The position numbers and the translations under genes were made by a program. A model generated the notes under the pieces. It searched no databases. It was not told where the DNA came from and was given only the letters and a program-made list of their open reading frames with translations. A stretch of 64,000 nt of DNA from an uncultured Planctomycetota bacterium. Lineage in GTDB: Bacteria; Planctomycetota; Planctomycetia; Isosphaerales; Isosphaeraceae. This document shows, one piece after another, positions 10,096-18,216 of this stretch; within the stretch, counting starts at the first letter, position 1, and every line of letters begins with the position of its first letter. The stretch spans positions 96,001-160,000 of the forward strand of contig CAWJTV010000026.1 in assembly GCA_963845755.1 (NCBI GenBank), in the 5' to 3' direction.

Positions 10096-10386
10096 ATGAC
10101 AGGCACACGAACGCGACATCCGGCAGCCTTCCGGGCTCGGGTCGCTCTGGAGGCCGCCAAGCCGACCAAGACCCTGGCCGAGCTGTCCACGACCTTTCAC
10201 GTCCACTCGGTCCAGATCAGCCAGTGGAAGAAGCAACTCCTGGACGGGATCGAATCCCTCTTCCAGGACGGACGCCGCCGCGACCACGACGAGAGCCAGG
10301 CGATCCAGGCCGAGCTGTACGAGCAGATCGGCCGGCTCAAGATGGAGGTCGAGTGGTTGAAAAAAAAAGCTGCCCGCGGCGGCTGA
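10096..10386 (+). CDS. IS3 transposase OrfA (HTH)
   Basis: F.ARVALEA…TLAEL…F.VH..QISQWKKQ, ending in LKKK over an A9G run at 10360-10369. Confidence 0.9.
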   Translation: MTGTRTRHPAAFRARVALEAAKPTKTLAELSTTFHVHSVQISQWKKQLLDGIESLFQDGRRRDHDESQAIQAELYEQIGRLKMEVEWLKKKAARGG

Positions 10387-11236
10387 CCTCAAGCGGCCTC
10401 TGATCGATCCATCTCATAGTTATCTGAGCATCCGTAGACAATGCGAACTGCTGGGTCTCAACCGATCGAGCTACTATCTCCCACCGGCTGTCGAGTCGGA
10501 GGAGAACCTGCGCGTGATGCGGCTGATCGACGAGCAGTTCCTCAAAACCCCGTTCTACGGCAGCCGGCGGATGACGGCGATTTTGGAGCGTTCTGGGGAG
10601 ACGGTCAATCGCAAGCGGGTCCAGCGACTCATGGCTTTGATGGGCCTGGAGGCGCTCTTCCCCAGGCCACGGACCACCACCATCGCATCGGACGCGCGGG
10701 TCTACCCGTACTTGCTCCGCGATCGGGTGCTGACCCACGTCAACGAGGTCTGGAGTTCAGACATCACATATATTCCGATGCGTCATGGTTTCATGTACCT
10801 GACGGCGGTGATCGACTGGTTCAGCCGGTATGTGCTCTCGTGGCGGCTGTCGAATACCCTGGAGGGGCGATTCTGCCTGGAGGCCCTCGACGAGGCGTTG
10901 TCGCTGGGCCGGCCGGAGATCTTCAACACCGACCAGGGGTCCCAGTTCACGGCGCAGGAGTACACCAGCCGCCTGGAGGAGGCCGGGATCGCGGTGAGCC
11001 GGGACGGTCGGGGGCGGGCGTTGGACAACGTGTTCGTGGAGCGGCTGTGGAGGAGTGTAAAATACGAAGACATATACATCAAAGAGTATGAACGAGTTCC
11101 AGAGCTAGAGTCGGGCTTGAGGTCCTACTTCTGGTTCTACGATGAGGAGCGTCCCCATCAATCACTCGATTACCGGACCCCAGGCGAGGTCCATCGGGCC
11201 GGGTTAAACGGAGGGCTGAAGGGGGAAAAGCCTTAA
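10370..11236 (+). CDS. IS3 transposase OrfB (rve integrase core), joined to OrfA by a frameshift at A9G
   Basis: LSIRRQCELLGLNRSSYY, WSSDITYIP, FNTDQGSQFT, DNVFVERLWRSVKYE. Confidence 0.9.
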   Translation: MPAAADLKRPLIDPSHSYLSIRRQCELLGLNRSSYYLPPAVESEENLRVMRLIDEQFLKTPFYGSRRMTAILERSGETVNRKRVQRLMALMGLEALFPRPRTTTIASDARVYPYLLRDRVLTHVNEVWSSDITYIPMRHGFMYLTAVIDWFSRYVLSWRLSNTLEGRFCLEALDEALSLGRPEIFNTDQGSQFTAQEYTSRLEEAGIAVSRDGRGRALDNVFVERLWRSVKYEDIYIKEYERVPELESGLRSYFWFYDEERPHQSLDYRTPGEVHRAGLNGGLKGEKP

Positions 11237-11526
11237 CAAATGCAGGTGGCCTGAGTGGTCCACCTTTTGGGGTCCACTATAACTCTCGAAGGTCATCTCC
11301 TCTTCGGCGGTCAAGCGGATCTTGCCGTCAACCGCATTGAGCACCCAAAGGAAGAACCCGAAGTGGCGACAAGAGAGAGCCTTCCAGAGTAACCACGCCA
11401 TGAGCATTCGGGCTCGCCGCTCGCCGGCGTCTTCACTCCCGCCGTCGAGCCAGGCCCGGAGTCTGTGAGCGAGCATGGTCGGCGATGGGCGATCCGTCGG
11501 CTTCATGACGATCCCCCGGTATTGAG

Positions 11527-12312
11527 TTGAGCGATCTGTTGCTGATGAGCCAGGTTGATTTGCAGGGCAGGAACGGCGAGCCGGCGCACTATGGCGTGGG
11601 AATCGCCCTGCACGGCTATGGGATCATCCCCGACCGCCGCAGGGCGAAGCTCGCCCTCGCCGACGAAGCGGGGCGTGAGTTCATCGTGGAGGCCCACGCC
11701 CTCGCGCCGAACGCGAAAATCACGTGGGTGCCCGTCTTCAAAGAACCGCCGTTGTTCCGCCAGAGGGCCGGTGAGTCTTGCTGGTACACTTACCTGCCGG
11801 AGGCACGCACCGTGTATTGTGCCTTCCGCGGATACAATGGCCTGGGCAAGCACTCGGCCGGCCTGTTCAAGCTGGTCGGCGAGCAACACCCCATCAAGTT
11901 AGTCATCGACATGCGCGAAAATGGGGGCGGCGATTACACGGTGGGCCTGCGCCATTTGGTCCATCCCGTTCGCGAACTGCCCGACATCAACCGCAAAGGC
12001 CATTTGTATATCCTGATTGGTCCGCAGACGTTCTCGGCCGCCATGTCCAATGCCGCCCACTTCCGCACCCAGACGGCCGCTCTTCTGATTGGTCAACCGA
12101 TCGGCGAAAAGCCCAATAGCTACCAGGAGAGCCGACGGACCAAGCTGCCCAACTCGCAATGGAATCTCTGCTATTCGGTCCGCTATTACAAATTTGTCGA
12201 GGGCGGCGAGAACCTCATTCGGCCCGATCGCGAGATCATCCCGTCGTGGGAAGAATACAAGGATGGCCGCGACCCCGTACTGGAATGGGTCTTGAAGCAG
12301 GAGGCCCAGTAG
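11527..12312 (+). pseudogene. Peptidase S41-like C-terminal fragment (5' truncated)
   Basis: VIDMRENGGGD, TFSAAMSNA and GEKPNSY motifs. No credible start or signal peptide. Confidence 0.6.
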
Positions 12313-12465
12313 AGATTCGCTGGACGCGTTCATCGTAGGATGCCCGCTCCTCCTCCCGCGTCAATCTGGTCAGGTTCGCTCGCCTCGACTAAACTCAGGC
12401 ACGTGCACTAGCCCCGACTGAGATCATGCCCAGATCATCTCGCTATGCCGTGTGCGCAACTCTAG

Positions 12466-14516
12466 CCTATGTTTGGGGTGACGCAGCCGGGGCCGGCTGG
12501 TCCTGTGCGTAAAAAACCGCTATTTTTCCAGGCTTTTCGCTTGGGTTGTGGTCTCGCTGGCCCCAAAAGCGTAGTGACAACTCTACGCGGGAACTTCCAA
12601 TTGAATCCCGATCAATCACCTTGATTTCGCCAGAATCTGTCGTGATAATGATTGCGGTGCATCTCCGGACATCCCCTCGCCAGCGATGCCAGCAACCAGT
12701 CATGTATCCAAGAACCGTCAAAGTCCGCTCCCAGAACGGCACCGTCCACGAATACGTCCGCGTCGTCGAAGCTTACCGCGACGGCGGCAAGGTCAAGCAA
12801 CGTGTCGTCGCCGACCTCGGTCGCAAGGATCTCCTTGTCGCGCTGCTCCCCAAGCTCCGTCGGCTCCTCGACGGCGACGCCCCGTGCGACTCCGGCGATC
12901 CCGCCGACCCTCACGTGATCGATGCCTCTACCTGGGGGCCGATCCTCGTCGTTCGGGCCCTGTTCGACCAACTCGGCCTCTGGGCGATCCTCGACCAACA
13001 CCTCGGGCTCGCCAAGGGCGTCCCCTTCGCTGACCGCGCCTTCGTGCTCGTCGCCAACCGGCTGATCGCTCCGGCCAGTGAGCATGGCCTCGCCGGCTGG
13101 CTCGAGACCGATTTCGTCTGCGACCGCAAGGGTCGTCGCTTCGTCCCTCATTGGCACCACCGCCGACGGGTCCGCGTCCATCCCCGTCAGCTCGACGCCT
13201 GGTATCGCACCCTCGACCAGCTCCACGCGGCCAAAGATCGCATCGAAGTGGCCCTGTACCATCGCCTCCGCGATCTCTTCAGCTTCAAGCCCGAGTTGGT
13301 CCTCTACGATATGACCAGCACCGATTTCGAGGGCGCCGGCCCGCACGACTTCGCCCGGCACGGCTACAGCCGCGATGGCAAGCCGCAGAACGTCCAGGTG
13401 GTCGTCGGCGTGGTGATGGTCGCGGGCTGGCCGATCGCTCATCATGTCTGGGCGGGCAACCGCATCGACCATTCCACGGTCCAAGACGTCATTCGCGACT
13501 TGCGCCAGCGGTTCGCCTTCGGCCGGCTCGTCTTCGTCGGCGATCGGGGTATGGTCACCGATGAGAACATCGAGGCGATTACGAAAGATGAGCATGGGTT
13601 CCTGGTCGGGGTCAAGCGGCGGCGCAACGCCCAGCTCGACGGTTGGCTCGACGCCGTTGACGACACCCAGTGGGTCCGTTGCCCCGGGGGCATCAATACC
13701 CAGGAACGGAAGACCAACCCCCGGCGCACCCGTGCCCAGGAAGTCGCCTCCGGAGATCCCGACCTGCGCGTCATCGTCATCGACTCGGACGAGCGCCGCG
13801 GCTACGAGCAGGCCAAGCGGGAACAGGCGATGGAGCGAGCCCGCCAGCGCCTGGAGAAGCTCAAGGGGCGCGTCGCCGCGGGGGACTTGAAGCGGCCCGA
13901 GAAGATCGGGGCGGCCGTCGAGCGGATTATGCAGAAATATCACGGTTATCGCTACTTCGATTGGAAACTCAAGGATGGGACGCTGGAGATCACCGAGAGC
14001 GAGGCGCGGCTGGGGCGTGAGAAGAAGATCGAGGGAAAATATGTGATCATGACAAGTGAGAAAGGGCTGAGCGTGCTGGACGCGGTGGCGATGTACAAGG
14101 AATTGACCGAGGTCGAGAGCGGGTTCCGCCAACTCAAGGATGTGCTGGCGCTGCGGCCGATCTATCACCAGATCGAGATGCGAGTCAAGGCTCATATTTT
14201 TGTAGCGGCGTTGGCGTTGTTGGTTCAACGCCTGCTGGGCCGCCGGCTCAACGAGGCGGGGGTGGATCTGTCGCCGGCGCGGGCCATGCAAGCATTGGCG
14301 ACCGTGAGGCTGGTGACGTTCCGTCTGGAAGGCCAACCGGAGCGGCGTGGGCTGGCCGGCGGCTGTCCCGATGCCCGGATGGTGCTGAAGGCGCTGAAGC
14401 TGGTCGACCAACGCCCTCCGGCGCCGCCGGAGGGGGAGAATACGGCCATGTAGTGACTAATGGAAAATCCGACCCTTGCGCCGCAAGGACTTACGATGCG
14501 CCACCCCAAACATGGG
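12466..14516 (+). mobile_element. IS1634-family element, flanked by CTAG
   Basis: TIRs CCTATGTTTGGGGTGACGCA / revcomp CCCATGTTTGGGGTGGCGCA. CTAG at 12462-12465 and 14517-14520. Confidence 0.85.
12702..14453 (+). CDS. IS1634-family DDE transposase (583 aa)
   Basis: YVRVVEAYRDGGKVKQRVVADLGR N-terminus; LYDMTST, GYSRDGK, VGDRGM and VESGFRQLK…LRPIYH…AHIF motifs. Confidence 0.92.
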   Translation: MYPRTVKVRSQNGTVHEYVRVVEAYRDGGKVKQRVVADLGRKDLLVALLPKLRRLLDGDAPCDSGDPADPHVIDASTWGPILVVRALFDQLGLWAILDQHLGLAKGVPFADRAFVLVANRLIAPASEHGLAGWLETDFVCDRKGRRFVPHWHHRRRVRVHPRQLDAWYRTLDQLHAAKDRIEVALYHRLRDLFSFKPELVLYDMTSTDFEGAGPHDFARHGYSRDGKPQNVQVVVGVVMVAGWPIAHHVWAGNRIDHSTVQDVIRDLRQRFAFGRLVFVGDRGMVTDENIEAITKDEHGFLVGVKRRRNAQLDGWLDAVDDTQWVRCPGGINTQERKTNPRRTRAQEVASGDPDLRVIVIDSDERRGYEQAKREQAMERARQRLEKLKGRVAAGDLKRPEKIGAAVERIMQKYHGYRYFDWKLKDGTLEITESEARLGREKKIEGKYVIMTSEKGLSVLDAVAMYKELTEVESGFRQLKDVLALRPIYHQIEMRVKAHIFVAALALLVQRLLGRRLNEAGVDLSPARAMQALATVRLVTFRLEGQPERRGLAGGCPDARMVLKALKLVDQRPPAPPEGENTAM

Positions 14517-14520
14517 CTAG

Positions 14521-14808
14521 AGCGCATATCAGTTGCGTTGCGCACGCGATCGCTGCTGGGGAACTTCTCTGGCGGCCCGAAGGGTCGCGGGAACCCAGCC
14601 CGGGGTGGAACCCCGGGAACCGGTCCCACCGCGCCCCCCTCTTGCACCCTGGAGGGGTGCCGGAGGGCTCTCCTGCGGCCCTTCAGGCCGCCGGAGTTGC
14701 GAGTTGGCCGCACGGCCCCCGGGTTCCACCCGGGGCTGGGCTCCTGGCGGCCCTTCAAGCCGCCAGAAATCGTCTCTCCTCGTGTGCGCAACCCATCTGT
14801 GAAGCGCT
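14521..14808. mobile_element. 288-bp MITE with REP-like cargo, flanked by CTAG
   Basis: TIRs AGCGCATATCAGTTGCGTTGCGCACGCGA / revcomp AGCGCTTCACAGATGGGTTGCGCACACGA. CTAG at 14517-14520 and 14809-14812. Interior has CCCAGCCCGGGGTGGAACCCCGGG / CCCGGGTTCCACCCGGGGCTGGG. Confidence 0.75.
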
Positions 14809-14842
14809 CTAGGCGGAGCCCTGTTGACGCGGAGGTCCGGCG

Positions 14843-15163
14843 ATGGCCGAAAGCCGCTTGCAAAGACGGCTGGAGCGGTTGCCCCTGCGGGCTCAGTTGG
14901 CATTCGCGGCCCGTTGTGCCCGTCGCGTGCAGCCGCCGTCCACGAGGTTCTCGGACGGTCTCGGAAATCACGAGGCCCTCGAGCGGGCTATCCAGGTCGC
15001 CGAGCAGTTTGCCCGGGGGGATCGGGTGACGCAGGTCGAGGCCGCCTCCGCTTACGAGGGCGCCCGAGCCGCCGCCAGGTCAGCCTGGAACGCCGGCGAT
15101 CCTCCGTGCCCGAGACGCCGCCGCCTATGCGGCCCAGGCCGCCGGCCACGCCACCCGGGTTAA
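14843..15163 (+). pseudogene. Fragment of an Ala-rich helical protein (LPLRAQLAFAARCARRVQP motif)
   Basis: GGAGG RBS and a coding-like helical sequence that degenerates after about 85 aa. Confidence 0.45.
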
Positions 15164-15899
15164 TTAGTTTTTGACGTTACGGCGCCGCCGCCAGGCCAGG
15201 GCCGCCAAGCCGAATGCGCCGATGGCGAGCAGTGACAGGCTCGTGGGCTCGGGTACTGACGACAGAACCGTCAGGCCCTGAATCGAGGCGTCGCTGATCG
15301 AGACCCCGCCCGTGCTGGTCAAACGAAACTCGGTCAACGTCTCACCCATGAACGACGACGGGAGCACGATCTGCTGCTTGTCCAACCGGCTCTCTTGCCC
15401 AGGACCACCCCCTGAGCTGTAGACGTTGACCGTGGTCGTACCGTTGATGGTGTTTGTCCAGCCCCCGTAGAAATGATCGCGGACATCAACGTCGCCGATC
15501 AGGTCCTTCCGGTAGTAGGCCCCACCCGTGCCGAAGAACTCCAATTCCACGTACGACGTGGGACCAGGCTGGCCGTAGAACGTGTTGATCAGGGTATCGA
15601 CTTCCTGGGCATTCGCGATGTTCAAGGCAACGTCTAGCACGTGGGGGTAAGCCCCGGGGACGAACTCCGCGTTCCACGCGTTGTTGCCGCCAACCTTCTG
15701 GATGTTGAACGGCACCCCGCCCAGCGTCACCAGGCCCTCCGGGTAGCCCGCGGAACTTGGCTGGTAGTTCTGAATTCGGGCGTTGGCGTAGGGCGAAAGG
15801 TCCACCAGGACATAACCGGCCGACACCGGGCGGCCGGCGGCACAAGAACATGGCGAGAGTGGTCGCGGCAGTGAAGGCGAAGCTCGGTGCGAGTCTCAT
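15164..15899 (-). CDS. PEP-CTERM sorting-domain surface protein (frameshift near 15835 in the signal peptide)
   Basis: AGGAGG RBS + MRLAPSFAFTAATTLAMFLC in one frame; the mature domain and VPEPTSLSLLAIG…RRRR in another. Confidence 0.85.
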
Positions 15900-16076
15900 G
15901 GGTAATGACCTCCTAAAAGAGACCGGTAAGGACGGGCGATGTACGTTCGGACGACGATCGGGGCGCGACGCTCGGCGTGATGTCGCGCGGTATGGGCTGT
16001 GAGACCGGGCCCAACGGACCGACCCACCGTGAGGAAATCCGGCGCCAGCGGCTGAAATCGGACACAATCCCGCGGG

Positions 16077-16517
16077 CTAGAAGTCGGGGCGGGGCCCGAC
16101 CGCGAGCACGTCAGGCGTCATCAAAGCCCAGGTCTCACCCGACCGGCGCAGACGGACCTTGCGGCGAGGCGGTACCGGTATGGGCTCGCCCCCGCCTGGC
16201 GGGGCGAAAAGGGCGTCGAACGAGACGATCACATCGTCGCCCGACCGTTCGGAGCCGGTGACCAGGATCGCGCGGGGAGAACTGTCCAATCGGCGCCGCC
16301 TGGCGTGAAAGTCGGTGAACCGTTTGAGTGGTAACGCGGCCTTGACCTCGGGGTGGAGACGGGCGTACGCCGTGCGCCAATCGCCGCGAAGGAGGGCGGT
16401 TGCGTGTGATTCCAGGAACTCGACCGCCTTCGGTTCTCCCGGTTCAGCGGCCGGTTCTCCCGGTCCCGAGCAACCCGGTGGGGCGATCAGCAAAAGTAAC
16501 GGGACGAGGAGTCGCAT
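16077..16517 (-). CDS. Hypothetical lipoprotein-like protein (146 aa, NTF2-like appearance)
   Basis: MRLLVPLLLLIAPPGC, then A..FL.AL..GDW..AY..L. Lies downstream of a DUF1559 gene. Confidence 0.65.
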   Translation of the reverse strand: MRLLVPLLLLIAPPGCSGPGEPAAEPGEPKAVEFLESHATALLRGDWRTAYARLHPEVKAALPLKRFTDFHARRRRLDSSPRAILVTGSERSGDDVIVSFDALFAPPGGGEPIPVPPRRKVRLRRSGETWALMTPDVLAVGPRPDF

Positions 16518-16583
16518 GCGGGACACAGGTCACCTCGTTCAGGGCCAGGCCTGATGTGCGGGATCCGTGAGAAGGGGCTGGAC

Positions 16584-16611
16584 CCTCGCGGGTGGGGGGA
16601 CACCCGCGAGG
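16584..16611. terminator. GC-rich stem-loop between the DUF1559 and lipoprotein genes
   Basis: Perfect 11-bp stem CCTCGCGGGTG / CACCCGCGAGG. No U-tract, so it may be an mRNA-stabilising hairpin. Confidence 0.4.
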
Positions 16612-16644
16612 ATCACCGGCGCGGGGAATTCAACGCTCGGTTAA

Positions 16645-16973
16645 CACTACAACGCTAGCGATCAATCGAGGCCGAACTGACCCCCGTATCCGCACCCCTG
16701 AAAAAACAAGACTCGGCTGGGCATAAAGCGTTTAGTTCTTATAAATGGATATCATAAATTCATTCGAATTCGCCGTGTTTCAGTCGGACGTGTTCGACGA
16801 GAACCCCTATTTTTTCTAGGGTTCAATGTGGTCCTACTTTTGACACTCCTCGCCGAACACCACCACGGGAAGAAGGCGGCCCACTCTCGTTCCCACGCTC
16901 CGCGTGGGAACGAGGAGGCAACCGGCGGTGGTGTTGAGCGAGGAGTGTCCTACTTTCCGATAGCGTTGTAGTG
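16645..16973. mobile_element. Non-autonomous element with CACTACAACGCTA ends flanked by TTAA, containing a nested MITE
   Basis: Perfect 17-bp IR TTAACACTACAACGCTA (16641-16657) / TAGCGTTGTAGTGTTAA (16961-16977). AT-rich non-coding interior. Confidence 0.7.
16842..16949. mobile_element. 108-bp MITE (GACACT family), second copy, TSD CTACTTT(T/C)
   Basis: TIRs GACACTCCTCGCCGAACACCACC / GGTGGTGTTGAGCGAGGAGTGTC. 7/8 TSD match at 16834-16841 and 16950-16957. Internal hairpin CTCGTTCCCACGCTCCGCGTGGGAACGAG. Confidence 0.85.
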
Positions 16974-16977
16974 TTAA

Positions 16978-17972
16978 TCAGTAGTCCGAAGCCGAGACGA
17001 CCTCGACACCAGCTCGGGTTCCCAGGGCCGCCAAGACGTGCGCAGGTCGGTGCTCTCCTTGACGAACCTCACCGAGCCGTCGCCGAACGCGAAATTCGCG
17101 CCGCCGGGATGGTACGAGCCGAAACCCATGTAGCTTTGCGGACCTTGGAGTGGAGGCTGGGCTGGCGGATTCATCCTGTCGGCGAATGGCAATGGTGCGG
17201 TGTAAGGACGATTGATCCCGGCGATCGAGACGCGCTGCACGGATGCCTCCCAGGCCACAAACCAGTTGCCGATTCCGATGTTCCCGGGGCCACGCCCGAA
17301 CTCGCCGAGAAGCAAGGTGTTGGACGTCCCGTCCTGAAGTTCGACGAGCTTGACCGCGTGGAATTCGACCATGGCTCCGTTGTCACTCGCCGTGGAGGGA
17401 CCGGCACCTCCCCACGTATTGCCGAGCGCGATCTTGGTGCCCGCGCTGGCGACGTAGTTGGAGTCGGGGACGATGACGCCGGTCCGACCCGCCCCGTAGT
17501 CGGTCACCCCCAGGACTCCCATGCGGTCGCTCGGACAGACGAAGACGTTGACGAGAGTCCCCGCCACCGTCGTGTTGACGGGGACCGCGGCGACGTCGCC
17601 GAACCCATACGGCGAATAGAGATACGTAAAGTTGACCGCGTTGTAGAGCGAACCCTGCTCGAGCTGGGCGAGCATCAAGGTTCGGAACGTGTACAGCGCC
17701 CCATAGCCGCATCCGATGCAAGTCGGGTCACCGAGATACCGCACCGAATTAACGGGGAAGCTCCCGAGCTGGTCCTGGTACGAGTGCAGGGCGAGGGCCA
17801 TCTGCTTGAGGTTGTTGGTGCATTGGATCCGCCGCGCCGCCTCGCGGGCCGCCTGTACGGCGGGCAGCAGTAGGGCGATCAAGACGGCGATGATCGCGAT
17901 GACGATCAGCAGCTCGATGAGCGTGAATCCCACGGCTCGTGAGCGCGCCCGATTTGGCAGAGTGTGCAACAT
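16978..17972 (-). CDS. DUF1559 prepilin-type N-terminal cleavage/methylation protein (frameshift near 17038)
   Basis: [58 protein letters not shown]. The expected end ALGTRAGVEVVSASDY* lies in a shifted frame. Confidence 0.93.
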
Positions 17973-18216
17973 CGCAGGGTTCTCCGGTCATGTCATGGAT
18001 CTCACTTCCATAGCATGATCCGGAACAATCGTCGGAAACCTGACAGCGAGTTTTTCTTCGCGGTCGATCGATGCGGCCGCGGCTCGCGACTGTCTCGTCG
18101 TCGCGGTCGCGACCGGCGCAACGAGGAACCGAGGCCGATCATGCCGGTTGCCGCCAGCTCGTGGCACCGGTCTGGCCATTGCGATTCGAACCGAGGCTTC
18201 GTCGCCCCATTGGAGG

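Larger units (their letters stand above)
10020..11281 (+). mobile_element. IS3-family element, 3-bp TSD ACT
   Basis: TIRs TGAGGTGGACCCCTAAAACTGGACCACTC / revcomp TATAGTGGACCCCAAAAGGTGGACCACTC. ACT at 10017-10019 and 11282-11284. Confidence 0.9.

Noticed and set aside
11282..11506. 100-aa minus-strand ORF as a real gene
   Set aside because: No recognisable motif, its 3' end runs into the IS3 terminus, and it lies among fragments.
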